64,000 nt of DNA from positions 1 through 64,000 of the forward strand of contig CAWIBO010000001.1 of the NCBI GenBank assembly GCA_963834385.1. The letters run 5' to 3'. The translations under genes and the position numbers were made by a program. The stretch is from an uncultured Verrucomicrobiae bacterium (lineage in GTDB: Bacteria > Verrucomicrobiota > Verrucomicrobiia > Chthoniobacterales > UBA10450). Positions 53,471 through 63,503 of this stretch are shown here, in pieces. Numbering within the stretch: the stretch's first letter is position 1; each line of letters starts with the position of its first letter. The notes beneath the pieces were generated by a model that was given only the letters and a program-made list of their open reading frames with translations, ran no database searches and had not been told where the DNA came from.

Positions 53471-55687
53471 GAGAGAGCTTTAGGCGCCCCCGCCATTCTC
53501 TCCCGAACCGCAGCCGCGGCCGCCACCAACATCACGCTCAGGCAGGCAAAAGCCGCCGCGCTCCCGGCCACCAGCCACCAGGGCCGATAAACGAGTTCCA
53601 GTCGGCCTGCGCTTCCCGCTGGCACTTCCAGCACCGGCGCCAGCCCGCGATAACTCCCCAGGGCAAGGCGCCGCCCATTCAGATACGCCCGGTATCCTTT
53701 AAAGTTTGGCCGGGAAAAAATGAGCAGCCCCGGCCGGTCTCCCGCCGGCACGGAGAGATCGACTCCCACGGATTGCCGGCCCGCCTCAACCCGGGTCACG
53801 CTGACCGGCGCAAAATTTTCTCCCGGGCGCGTCTCAATTTCCGTCAATGACCGGACCGCTCCCAGCGGCGCGCCCCGGCGATGATAAACCTTTCCCTCCC
53901 TGCTGAAATACACCAGACGCCATTCCTCCAGCGGCAGCGGCGCCATTTTGTAGGCATCCGCCACGATGATCCCATCGACCCCGAGCAGGGCCGGCCCGCT
54001 CTCCGGACCGCCGTGCCAGCGCAGAATCCATTCCGCTGTCGACGGATCGATTTCACCATGAATGGAAGCAGACAGGTCGGCGGCGACGCCCCCGGCCAGG
54101 ATGGGACTGTAGCCATTGAGGAAACGCAGGCCCGCCCAAAACGGCGTGCTCCCGGGACGAACCACCAGCCCGGTTTCACCTTCCGCGGCCCCAACTCGAT
54201 ACGCTTCTTCCGGCGGCGGATAGACGCTGAGATAAAGGCGAGCCGGGTCGAGCGGAGCCGGGTCCTTCAAGGCCGGACCAAAGGGATACTTGGGCACGCC
54301 CACATTGGTCGGAATGATCCAATAGACCGCCAGCAGACTGAGCAGGGTCACAACGGGGAAGGCCCAGAACCGCTGCTCCGGCCGCCACCGTTCCGCCGCG
54401 ACCCAGGCAAGGCCAATCGCGCCCAGGATCGCCGCCAGCGGCCAGTGATAAAGCGCGCCCGGATCAATCCACGCTCCAATAAAACCGATCAGGTTTACTG
54501 CCAAAACCGCCAGTGACGCCGGGGTCAGGAACCGCCACCGCCGGACAAAGCCGCTCTCCAGACATCTCGCTCGCCTGCAGGAAATGCGCGGCCGACATGG
54601 CCAGCACCAGATGAAAAAAGGGCAGCCAGCGAAAACTCCAGCGAAACACCCCGGCGCTCGGCAGGGTGGCGATCAGGGCGAGCAGGAGCAGCAGGCCGAT
54701 CTCCCAGCGGAAGCGCGAAACCAGCCGGCGCCCGTGCGCCAGCAGCGCCCAGATGATCATCGCCGGGACCGCGAGGCCGGTCGCCAGTTCCACCCCGGTG
54801 TGCGGACGTGATCGTCCCAGAAAATCAGTCCACGCCACGGTCCACGAAGGAAGAACCAAACCCGGCCACGCCGGGAGCGGCACGGTCCATGGCCAGTTCA
54901 AACCGGCGTGCGCGGCCCGGACCGATCCCTGCACATGATCAAAAAGCGCAAGCCAGGCCGGCGCGGAAAGCCCAAGCCCCAGCAGCGCGCCGGCGAGCAA
55001 CGGATAAACCGCAGCGAGCACACGGCCGCTTTCCCAGGCGCGGACGGCGAGCCAGAGATAAAGCACGCCCAGCATCAGGACCGTGTAAGGAAACCCGCCC
55101 GTGATCAGCAGATAGACAAAGGGCGCCGGCCAGAGAAACCGCCACCGCGACCCCCGGGATGCGAGCGCGCGTTCGCCCGCCCACCAGCACCAGGGCAGCC
55201 AGGCAAACGCGGCCAGCGCGCCGAACCAGTTTGTCGCGCCCCAGCAAACAATCCAGCCGTTGCCGGCCGCCACCAGCGCGACCAAAAGCGCGAACGGTTC
55301 CCTTAGCCCGCGGCTTCGCGCGAGCAGATAGCCGCCGGCGGCGAGCACTCCCAAATGGACCAGCGAAAGCGCCGCCGCCTGTTGCGGAAAGGAAAGCGGC
55401 AACTGCCAGAGCGCCACCACCACCGCATTCACAAAAAGACTGAACGTCCCAAACTGGTATTCGCCCGCCAGGTTTCCGCCCACCCATGAGGATGAGCTGA
55501 GCAATGGCCAGGTTCCTTCCGCCCAGCTCCGGGCGACGTCGGCGAACACCGGCAAAATCGAGATCGCGAAATCGTCGTTCCAGAAAAGCAGGGGATCGCG
55601 CCCATAAAGAATTCCCCAGAACAGCAGGACCACCCCCGCGGCGCCGGCGGCGCCGAGCCAGTCCCGCCGGGAAATCGGATCGGACAC
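53467..55687 (-). CDS. polytopic membrane protein, YfhO/GT-C glycosyltransferase-like; +1 frameshift ~54530
   Basis: N-terminal WNDD, many TMs, NGYSP, C-terminal G.RAYLNG...LVYRPWW. Confidence 0.65.
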
Positions 55688-55696
55688 GGGTGGCGC

Positions 55697-56656
55697 CTAG
55701 AGCACGACCGGCATGCCCTCGGTCATGATGACGAGCTTGTCCTCGATCGCGTGGGTCTGGGCGCTGGCGCGCAGCCGGGTAAGCGGCTCGTCCATCGGTT
55801 CGTAGCCCAGCCGGAAACTGCCGTAATGCATCGGCACCAGTTTGCTCGCGCGCAGTTCCTTGAAAGCCAGGATCGCTTCCTCCGGGTTCATGTGCACCTC
55901 GCGTCCGCTCGGCGGGTCGTAGGCGCCGATCGGGAGCAGGGCCAGCTCGACGTTGTAACGCTGACCGATCTCGCCAAACCCGTCGAAATAGGCGCTGTCG
56001 CCGCAGTGAAAAATCGAGCGTCCGGCCGTTTCGATCACGAACCCGCCGAAGCCGCGATGGCGATCAGCCAGGAACCGGGCCCCCCAGTGATGACACGGCG
56101 TGAGCGAAACGCGCAACCCTTCCAGCTCCACCTGCTGCCAGTGGTCCAGCTCGTGCACAATGTTGAACCCGAGGTCGTGCACCAGGTTGCCCACCCCGGT
56201 CGGGACAATGATCGGCTGGTCGGCGGCGACTTTGCGCAGGGTGCGCCGGTCGAGATGATCGAAATGCGCGTGAGTCACGAGCACGTAATCGATTTCGGGC
56301 AGATGATGAATTTCGAACCCCGGTTGTTTCAATCGCTTGATCACCTTGAGCCAGCGCGACCAGTTCGGATCGACCAAAATGTTCAGCTCGGAGGTTTGCA
56401 GCAGAAAGGAGGCGTGCCCGATCCAGGTCACGCAGACCTGACCCGGCTGCACCTCGGGGAACTGCGGCGGCTGCACCGGCTTGCGTTCCCCTTCCCGTTT
56501 CGTGAAAAGCGACGGGATCAGCACCTTGGTCAGGAAATTGCGCTTGTGCCAGTCCTGCCCCGGACGCAGCCCCACCCGTGTGCCCCCTTTCTCGGCGCCA
56601 TCTTTCCCCGGATTTTGGCGGACAATTTTTCGCTTCTTCGAAAAAGGAATCGGCAC
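55697..56656 (-). CDS. MBL-fold metallo-hydrolase (NAPE-PLD-like)
   Basis: TWIGHAS, THAHFDHLD, LPIGAY, PMHYG; start uncertain. Confidence 0.88.
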   Translation of the reverse strand: MPIPFSKKRKIVRQNPGKDGAEKGGTRVGLRPGQDWHKRNFLTKVLIPSLFTKREGERKPVQPPQFPEVQPGQVCVTWIGHASFLLQTSELNILVDPNWSRWLKVIKRLKQPGFEIHHLPEIDYVLVTHAHFDHLDRRTLRKVAADQPIIVPTGVGNLVHDLGFNIVHELDHWQQVELEGLRVSLTPCHHWGARFLADRHRGFGGFVIETAGRSIFHCGDSAYFDGFGEIGQRYNVELALLPIGAYDPPSGREVHMNPEEAILAFKELRASKLVPMHYGSFRLGYEPMDEPLTRLRASAQTHAIEDKLVIMTEGMPVVL

Positions 56657-56707
56657 GGTCGGCGAACGATATAAGCTGGGACCGGTGAAGCAACGTGTTT
56701 CGAGCCG

Positions 56708-57190
56708 GTGAACGCGGTCGAGGAAAAGCAGGCGCTGCGCCTCCGGATGCGCGCCGCCCTGCAGGAGCTGCCCGCGGCGGAGCGGGCCCGCGCCTCGGAA
56801 ATCATCTGCGCCCGGCTGGTCGCGCATCCCTGGTGGGAAACGGCCGAAAGTCTCCTCCTCTTTTCGCCGTTCGCCAGCGAACCCCAGATCGCGGCCGCCC
56901 AGGCCGCGGCGCTCGGGGCCGGAAAACGGGTCGCCCTCATTCCGCCCACGCTCCGGGACGAGACTGATCTCGAGTTGACTGAACTCCCGGAGCTGGTGCT
57001 CGTCCCGGGGCTCGCTTTTGACCGGGCGGGCCATCGCCTCGGGCGCGGCGGCGGATTCTACGACCGCTTCCTGGCGGGGCGCGGCCAGAGCGCGCGCAAG
57101 CTCGGTGTCTGTTTTGCCCTCCAGTTGCACGAGACCATCCCTTTCGAGGCGCATGACGCCGTCATGGACGGCGTCATCACCGAGGAGTGA
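56708..57190 (+). CDS. 5-formyltetrahydrofolate cyclo-ligase
   Basis: VPGLAFD..G.RLGRGGGFYDR, HD motif. Confidence 0.92.
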   Translation: MNAVEEKQALRLRMRAALQELPAAERARASEIICARLVAHPWWETAESLLLFSPFASEPQIAAAQAAALGAGKRVALIPPTLRDETDLELTELPELVLVPGLAFDRAGHRLGRGGGFYDRFLAGRGQSARKLGVCFALQLHETIPFEAHDAVMDGVITEE

Positions 57191-57207
57191 CCGGGCGCGA
57201 TCCGGGC

Positions 57208-57237
57208 AAAAAAAACGCGACCTCGAAAGGTCGCGTT
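57208..57237 (-). terminator. intrinsic terminator on the minus strand
   Basis: AACGCGACCT-TTCG-AGGTCGCG followed by T8. Confidence 0.85.
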
Positions 57238-57299
57238 GCGAAAGCCGAAGGAACGTACCGTAACTTTATATATGTGTGAGTGACTTCCAGGCTCGCACC
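57208..57299 (-). ncRNA. candidate ~90-nt sigma54-dependent small RNA
   Basis: Bounded by a -24/-12 promoter and a terminator; no ORF; AU-rich central segment. Confidence 0.5.
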
Positions 57300-57308
57300 T
57301 TCCTATTT

Positions 57309-57324
57309 AGCAGCCCCCATGCCA
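57309..57324 (-). promoter_or_regulatory. sigma54 (-24/-12) promoter
   Basis: TGGCATGGGGGCTGCT versus consensus TGGCACG-N4-TTGCW, with exact GG/GC spacing. Confidence 0.6.
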
Positions 57325-57510
57325 CGACCCGCTTTGGTGGCATGTTTACCTGACTCCAACCCGTCTCGCCCGGTCTTCAAGCCGTTTTTGCCACAGATTC
57401 ACACGGATTAACACGGATGGAGATCACCCCGATCCGTGCTTCGTATACCCCCGTTCATCTGCGGATTATCTTCCGGGACTTTGGGACACCGAGGGGTTAA
57501 CAATTCTCAG

Positions 57511-57975
57511 ATGGTAGCGGGAATACGGCGACCGTGGCTTCTTCTTCTGGCGCTGTTGTATGTTGGCCTCCTGGTTCTTGCCTTGCCGGAATGGCTGCTC
57601 TATCGCCGTTTAGCCTCGGTCGGAATTTCCACTTCAGGCGAGATCGTCGAGATCTTTGAAAGGAACCACAATGCCGTGCGATATCAGTTCACGGTGGCTG
57701 ATCGGCGCTATGAAGGTATCGGCATCCCGGGACTGGCGAGTCCGGAGGTGACGAGACGCATTGGAACCCAAGTGCCCGTCGTCTACCTGCCTGGCAATCC
57801 GGGGAAGTCGGTCATCGGCGATCCCGCGCAGCTGCGCGATTCCTGGTCGGGTCTGCTTTTCATTTTTGGACCTTTACTCCTGGCTTTCGCCGTCGGCGTG
57901 GCGCGAGCGAGGTTTCTTCATGCCCGGCAAGAAAGCGGTTCTCCCAACGAGAGAGCCCGTCCGGATAAGGTGTGA
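57511..57975 (+). CDS. DUF3592-like two-TM membrane protein
   Basis: TM, then YQFTVAD..Y and V.V.YLP.NP..S, then TM. Confidence 0.65.
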   Translation: MVAGIRRPWLLLLALLYVGLLVLALPEWLLYRRLASVGISTSGEIVEIFERNHNAVRYQFTVADRRYEGIGIPGLASPEVTRRIGTQVPVVYLPGNPGKSVIGDPAQLRDSWSGLLFIFGPLLLAFAVGVARARFLHARQESGSPNERARPDKV

Positions 57976-58087
57976 AGAGCAGTCATCAGACGTGGGCGAC
58001 CCGTTCCGCTCGCAAAGCCCGCGGAGCGAGCGTCTGCCGCTGGACGAGTTGCTCGCGTGGCCGGCCGCCGACGGGAACCGCCGGCCG

Positions 58088-58678
58088 CTAATTCTTCCAG
58101 TGTTTCGCGATGAAACCGGCCCGGCCGGAGCCGACCGCATACGCTTTGTAGTGCGCCGGATTCTTCTGGTAATATTTCTGATGATATTCTTCCGCCGGAT
58201 AAAAGGGCTGGGCCGCCAGGATCTCGGTCACAACCGGCTTATCGAACCGGCCGGAATCGCTCAGCTTCTTTTTTGATTCCTCCGCGATCTGCTTTTCCTC
58301 GGGCGACGCGAAATAGATCGCGGCCTGGTAACTGAGCCCGATATCGGCGAACTGCCCGTCGGCCTGGGTCGGGTTGATGTTGCGCCAGAAAATCTCCACC
58401 AGATCGGCATAGGAAATCTGCGCGGGATCGTAGGTTACCTCGATCACTTCGCGATGCTTCGTTTTGTGCCCGGAGACCTCGCCGTAATTGGCGTCCCCGG
58501 CCGCGCCGCCGGAATATCCGACGCGGGTGCTCAGGACCCCTTTGGCGGAATCGTAAGGCGGTTGCATGCACCAGAAACAGCCGCCCCCGAAAATCGCGGT
58601 CTTCTTCGTTTCCGTCTGCGCCTCGACGGAAATCACGGCCAGGGCGGCCAGCAAAAGCGCGGCAAAAAACTTTTTCAT
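58088..58678 (-). CDS. msrA: peptide methionine sulfoxide reductase A, exported
   Basis: GGCFWC, FYPAEEYHQKYY; signal peptide. Confidence 0.95.
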   Translation of the reverse strand: MKKFFAALLLAALAVISVEAQTETKKTAIFGGGCFWCMQPPYDSAKGVLSTRVGYSGGAAGDANYGEVSGHKTKHREVIEVTYDPAQISYADLVEIFWRNINPTQADGQFADIGLSYQAAIYFASPEEKQIAEESKKKLSDSGRFDKPVVTEILAAQPFYPAEEYHQKYYQKNPAHYKAYAVGSGRAGFIAKHWKN

Positions 58679-58744
58679 GATGGAGATAAGACCGCCCGAC
58701 GGGAGTGGCTGTTGAAAACTTTTCCGGGTCCGGTTGGTTAGGGA

Positions 58745-59317
58745 ATGCCGGGCCTCTTCCTGGAGTCTTACGTGGAACCGATCGATCCGGTTGCGCTTTT
58801 CGGCCGGGACGCCCCGCTGGAGGTGGATCTCGGCTGCGGCGATGGCGCTTTTCTTGTCGCCCGCGCGCTGGAGGAACCGAGCCGTAATTTCCTGGGCGTG
58901 GAACGCATGCCGGGGCGCTTTGCCACCACCCAGCGCCGCCTCGACCGGAACCGGATTGCCCATGCCCGGGTTCTGCAGCTCGAAAGCGCCCAGGTCGTGC
59001 GCGATTTGCTGCCGCCCGGGTCGGTCACTCTTTTTCACCTTCTTTTCCCCGATCCCTGGCCAAAACGGCGGCACTGGCCGCGCCGGGTCGTGACCAGCGA
59101 TTTTCTCGAGGATCTCGCCCGCGCCCTGCAGCCGGGAGGCCGGATCAGGATTGTGACCGATGACGAAGCCTATTTTGGCGTGATTGCAGGGGAGATCCGG
59201 AAGACGGAGCGGGTCCGTCCGGGCGCGCTCGAACACGAGTTTCCAGTCACGACTTTCGAAAAGCGATTTCGGAGCCAGGGCATCATCCCGCGCCAGATCG
59301 TCCTGCAAAAGGCCTGA
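58745..59317 (+). CDS. trmB: tRNA (guanine-N7)-methyltransferase
   Basis: DLGCGDG, FPDPWPKRRH..RR, TD, T.FE. Confidence 0.92.
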   Translation: MPGLFLESYVEPIDPVALFGRDAPLEVDLGCGDGAFLVARALEEPSRNFLGVERMPGRFATTQRRLDRNRIAHARVLQLESAQVVRDLLPPGSVTLFHLLFPDPWPKRRHWPRRVVTSDFLEDLARALQPGGRIRIVTDDEAYFGVIAGEIRKTERVRPGALEHEFPVTTFEKRFRSQGIIPRQIVLQKA

Positions 59318-61618
59318 TCACGGCGCCGGGGCCGGACGCTCTTTCTCGAAAACCCTGCCGCTGAGATGGCCGCGCACCTGCCAGGCGGACGGCGTCACCA
59401 CGATCTGAACGGCGCCCTCCTCGTCCTGCCGGAACAATCGAATCCCGGCCCGCTGCACTTCCTCCACCCACTTATCCGGGAGCCGATCTTCCTCGGGAAA
59501 CGGGCGCGCCCCGGCGACGATTACCTCGGGCGCGACCGCCTCGAGAAAAGGCAAGGTCCCGGACGGATCGGCGTGATGCCGGCTCATCACGACCAGGTCG
59601 CTCCGCAGATCGATGCCTGACGCGAGCAACGCTTTCTCTGTTTTCTCGCCGCTGTCGGACATCAACAGGATGACGGTGGCCGGAGGGACCACGAGCTGGA
59701 CGACCATGGCCTGGTCATCCGCCGCCGTCGCCGGCAACTGTCCCGGCGAGGGATAAAGCAGGCGCACTTCGACGTTATCGCCGACGGACCAACGCCCTCC
59801 GGCCGGAGGGTCGACCGCAATTCCTCCGGCGCTGAACTCCTCCCGCAACGCGCGATGGACGCGGGAGCGGTCAGGAAGCGGATTATCCACGACGAGGCGT
59901 GGACGCAGCTCCCGCAGGAGGAGCGAGGCGCCGCCGAGGTGCTGCGCATCGCCATGCGAAAGGACAAGGCCATCAAGACGATTCACCCCACGACTGCGGA
60001 GGTAGGGCTGCAGGACGCGTTCGTAATCACGGCGGGACCCGGCATCGAAGAGCCAGTCCGCGCCGTTGCTCCGCAGATGGACGGCGCCGCCGGCGCCCAG
60101 GTCGAGCACGGTGATCTCGGCCACGGCCTCAACCGGCGGGGGCAGCGGGCCAACATAAAAATGACTGCCGGGGAGCGCGGCAAAAAAATGGACCAGCGCG
60201 AGCATGAGTTTGGCGATGACCCAGTTGGCATGGTTAAAGACGAGCGAAAGCCAGGTGAACACCGGCGCGCAAAGCAGCGAAAGCAGGCCGGCTGCGAGCA
60301 TGCCGTAGGCGAGTGGAACGACAAAAAGGTTGGCCAGGAGCGAGACCGGCGTGACCAGGTGATAGTTCGAATAAATCAACGGCAGCGAACCGAGCCACGC
60401 CGCCAGGGAGACGGAGAAGGCGCCGGCTGTCCAGACGACGGCCCCTTCGAGCGCCCGGCGCCAGCGCCCGTAAAGCGCCGGCGGCAGAAATTCGTCCTGC
60501 GCAAAAAGACGGCGCAACCACTGGAGGATCGGCCCGGCCAGGAGGATCAGCGCCGTGACCACGCAGAAGGAAAGCTGGAAGCCGACCGAGAAAAGTTCCT
60601 GTGTGTTCCAGGCCAGGACCAGGAACGCCACCGCGGCGAGAGTGTTCAGCGAATAAACGCGGCGTTCCACAAAAAGCCCCAGAAACACCACCGAGGTCAT
60701 CAGGGCGGCGCGCACACTGGCCGTGTTCAGCCCGGTAACCGCCGCATAGAACAGCAGCGCCGGAATGATCACGGCGATGCCGGCCGTGCGGGGAAGCCGG
60801 AGCAGGCGCGCCACCACCCAAAGAAGCAGGGCCAGGATTGCAACGTGCAGACCGGAAACGGAGAACAAATGGAGGGTGCCGGTTTTCTGGAAAGGTTCCT
60901 CGATGTCGTCGGGCGCGCGCTGCCGCGTCCCGAGCACGGTGGCGGTGATCAGCGCCTGCTCGGCCGATGCGCCCGCCAGATCGCGGGTGAGCACGCCTTC
61001 CATCCAGCGGCGCGACGCCTGCGCCGCGCGCAGAACATGATGGCCGGACGGTTCCGCCAAAACACTTCCATCCTCCTCGTAACGGGCGAAAAGCTGGCGG
61101 TGAATGTCGCGGCGCGCGAGATAGGCCCGCAGGTCAAATTCGCCCGGGTTCCGCGGTGGCGGCACGGGGCCAATCATGCCGCGCACCCGGATTTGTTCGC
61201 CAAAACGAGGAAGGCCGCGCCAACGCACGAAAATTTTGGCCCGGCTCGTGTGCACTTTCCCGCCGGCCTCGATCGTCCGCAGCGCGAGCACAAAGGTCGA
61301 GTAGGGCGAGGCCCCGGTGCGCGGCTCGGTCGCGACCGTTCCCACGACCGTCACCGGACGCGACCGCGGTCCCAGCATTTCCGCCAGGCGGAGGCCATCG
61401 GAGTCGAGCAAGCGGGCGCTGTGCATGAGATAAAAGCCGCCGGCGACAAAAAGAAATGTCAGCAGCGACCGGCGCGTCCACCAGGCCGCCACGCCCATGA
61501 GGAAAAACGGGGCCAGGAGAAGCGGCGCGACCGAGGGCCGGGCCTCCGCGACAAAGATGCCGGCGAGGGCGGCCAGGGCCAGGCCGACGAAAGGTTGCCG
61601 CGCGCCCGCCAGCTTCAT
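59318..61618 (-). CDS. comEC: ComEC/Rec2 competence protein
   Basis: GTLHLFSVSGLHV, GFQLSF, C-terminal MBL domain SHGDAQH. Confidence 0.92.
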   Translation of the reverse strand: MKLAGARQPFVGLALAALAGIFVAEARPSVAPLLLAPFFLMGVAAWWTRRSLLTFLFVAGGFYLMHSARLLDSDGLRLAEMLGPRSRPVTVVGTVATEPRTGASPYSTFVLALRTIEAGGKVHTSRAKIFVRWRGLPRFGEQIRVRGMIGPVPPPRNPGEFDLRAYLARRDIHRQLFARYEEDGSVLAEPSGHHVLRAAQASRRWMEGVLTRDLAGASAEQALITATVLGTRQRAPDDIEEPFQKTGTLHLFSVSGLHVAILALLLWVVARLLRLPRTAGIAVIIPALLFYAAVTGLNTASVRAALMTSVVFLGLFVERRVYSLNTLAAVAFLVLAWNTQELFSVGFQLSFCVVTALILLAGPILQWLRRLFAQDEFLPPALYGRWRRALEGAVVWTAGAFSVSLAAWLGSLPLIYSNYHLVTPVSLLANLFVVPLAYGMLAAGLLSLLCAPVFTWLSLVFNHANWVIAKLMLALVHFFAALPGSHFYVGPLPPPVEAVAEITVLDLGAGGAVHLRSNGADWLFDAGSRRDYERVLQPYLRSRGVNRLDGLVLSHGDAQHLGGASLLLRELRPRLVVDNPLPDRSRVHRALREEFSAGGIAVDPPAGGRWSVGDNVEVRLLYPSPGQLPATAADDQAMVVQLVVPPATVILLMSDSGEKTEKALLASGIDLRSDLVVMSRHHADPSGTLPFLEAVAPEVIVAGARPFPEEDRLPDKWVEEVQRAGIRLFRQDEEGAVQIVVTPSAWQVRGHLSGRVFEKERPAPAP

Positions 61619-61673
61619 GCGGGCGCATCATAGCGAGAACGCCCGGGTTCCGGTAGCGATTAAGCGCGGATGA

Positions 61674-62147
61674 TCAGAACCGGGCCAGGGTGACCGTGGC
61701 CGGCTCGACAAACTCGGCGCTGCGCACCGTCAGCGGCTTCTTCAGCACCCGGGAAAGGCCATCGGCCAGCACGGTGGCGATCGCCTTGGGATCCTTGGTG
61801 TAAACCGGGATGGGGAAACCGCCGCCCTCGCGATCGTAGCCATAGATCACCCCGTTGGTTTCCCAGACGCAATAGGCATGGCCCGCGCTCAGGTCGTTGT
61901 AGCGCACCAGCATCACCTTGGCCCAAAAGTTCTTCTCGAGATCATGCTTTGCCTGGACGGTGGCGAGATAATTCACCGCCGAGATGACGCACCCGTTCAG
62001 GACCACGAGATCATCCTCGTCCGGCTGCAGGACCACGCGCTGGCTGGTGTTGCAGGCGGCGAAGACGTAAACCACCGCCGCGAGGGCGAGATGAGTGAAC
62101 AGCCAGGTAAAACGCTGGAGCTGCCTTGGGAGAAAGGACAAACGCAT
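61674..62147 (-). CDS. hypothetical protein, possible lipoprotein
   Basis: Lipobox-like FAAC; GHAYCVW motif. Confidence 0.65.
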   Translation of the reverse strand: MRLSFLPRQLQRFTWLFTHLALAAVVYVFAACNTSQRVVLQPDEDDLVVLNGCVISAVNYLATVQAKHDLEKNFWAKVMLVRYNDLSAGHAYCVWETNGVIYGYDREGGGFPIPVYTKDPKAIATVLADGLSRVLKKPLTVRSAEFVEPATVTLARF

Positions 62148-62565
62148 AGGGGGATTTAGGATGCGGGGGGAAGAGGACTATGGTTTTTATAGACCACGCG
62201 CCGTCTCATGGGAAGGGAATTCACGCACCCCGACCCGGATTCGAATACTTCCGTGTCCCCTACTCCGGTTTGGTCGCGCCCCGCAGAATCGGGGCGAAGG
62301 GACTCTTTTTGATTCCGCCCGGCCATTCTCTGGCGCCATCCCTGGACTCGGATCGATCCCCTTCCGCAGCCACCGGAGCTTAGGATCCGGACCGGACCAA
62401 AATCCTTCCGAGTGCAAGTGGCTGACGAAGAGGTGATTGGATCGCGTTCCGAAATTTCGAAACGGACCTCGACCTCCACGGCACGCAAGGTGTTAACTCT
62501 GCAGCGTCACAAATCAGGTCAGAATCACGTCCGCACGGAAGAACTGGCCACCGCAGGCAACCATT

Positions 62566-62727
62566 ATGGAACAAACCACCAACACCAAAAAAGCAACCGA
62601 CCTGAAGATTCGCGATCTGACCCCGATCAAGGATGCCAAGGGCGGCGTCGTCAATAGTTCCAGCACGTTTGGCGGCGGCAGCAGCCTGAAGAAGACCGCA
62701 AACAAAACCCCGAATCCGGGTGGCTGA
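62566..62727 (+). CDS. 53-aa double-glycine leader peptide (putative RiPP/secreted peptide precursor)
   Basis: Manual translation: MEQTTNTKKATDLKIRDLTPIKDAKGG-VVNSSSTFGGGSSLKKTANKTPNPGG. Confidence 0.6.
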   Translation: MEQTTNTKKATDLKIRDLTPIKDAKGGVVNSSSTFGGGSSLKKTANKTPNPGG

Positions 62728-62796
62728 CCGCCGGGCGGCCACAGCGCTTCGCTGGGAAAGCCGCGCATAACTCCGCACCTGACCCTGTCCCGGCTT

Positions 62797-62962
62797 CGCT
62801 CTGATCTCCTGGCCTGCCCGGGCGTAGTCCGCCCGCTCAATAAAGGATTGGTCCGGCTTCCTCGCATCAAGGTTGGTCCGGCTTCGCTCTGAACTCTGCG
62901 CTCTGATCTCCTGGCCTGCCCGGGCGTAGTCCGCCCGCTCAATAAAGGATTGGTCCGGCTTC
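62797..62962. repeat. perfect 64-bp direct repeat x2 (62797..62860, 62899..62962)
   Basis: CGCTCTGATCTCCTGGCCTGCCCGGGCGTAGTCCGCCCGCTCAATAAAGGATTGGTCCGGCTTC. Confidence 0.9.
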
Positions 62963-63015
62963 GCCAAGGCTACGCCGGGACAGGCTTCGTCCTCCGCAGC
63001 GCTGCGGACGAAGCC

Positions 63016-63369
63016 TGGAGGCGAGGGGAGTTGAACCCCTGTCCTCGTCGCGTTCCACGCGAGCATCTACATGTTTAGCCGGTGCTTGATTTAGGGAACC
63101 GACGTTGCGCCGGCACACTGCCTGTTCCCGAGCATCCACGAATTTCCTTCACCCTTGGGCGCGGTCGCTCCGCCCTCCGGCTAGCCTGCTGTCCTCGTTT
63201 GGCGCCGTAGCAGGCGTCCAGCTCCAAACGTCACGGTCAATTAAGCCGCGAGAGCGAGATCTTGGTGATCTGCGTTTATTTGTTTTGGTCCGGTTTTTTG
63301 CGAGGCCAACGAACCATCCTCGACATGCCGCCTGCGCTTCCAACGATGAGTCGAAGCCAGTACGCCCCC
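63016..63369 (-). ncRNA. ssrA: tmRNA (tag ADHQDLALAA)
   Basis: 5' GGGGGCGTACTGGCTTCGAC, 3' GGTTCAACTCCCCTCGCCTCCA, G3.U70 pair; tag ORF 63273..63241 after ATAAAC; CCA not encoded. Confidence 0.95.
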
Positions 63370-63387
63370 GTTTTTTGAGAGGCCATT

Positions 63388-63415
63388 AGTATGCCCGGTT
63401 TGCCGCGGATTTCAA
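63388..63415 (-). promoter_or_regulatory. possible sigma70 promoter of ssrA
   Basis: TTGAAA-N16-CATACT. Confidence 0.4.
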
Positions 63416-63503
63416 GGGCCGGCCCGCCTCCCCCACCCGCCCCGCGGCCTTGTGGAATTCTCCCTTCCCCGGCAAATTTTGCGTAAGGTGCCATTTGCCG
63501 AGC

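Noticed and set aside
56657..56707. 6S RNA upstream of the 5-formyl-THF cyclo-ligase
   Set aside because: The gap is only ~50 bp between divergent genes; the downstream sRNA candidate is too short and not rod-like
57338..57353. Plus-strand sigma54 promoter TGGCATGTTTACCTGA
   Set aside because: Lacks GC at -12; it is the other arm of the dyad overlapping the minus-strand promoter
62230..62375. tRNA-like fragments (GGATTCGAAT, GGATCGATCCCC)
   Set aside because: No cloverleaf or acceptor stem could be built
62797..62962. Possible CRISPR array
   Set aside because: Only two copies, 64 bp is too long for a CRISPR repeat, the spacer contains repeat-derived sequence, and there are no cas genes
61674..63016. 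Integrated island at the ssrA 3' end
   Set aside because: No integrase and no duplicate of the ssrA 3' end found by eye; housekeeping genes resume within 1.5 kb
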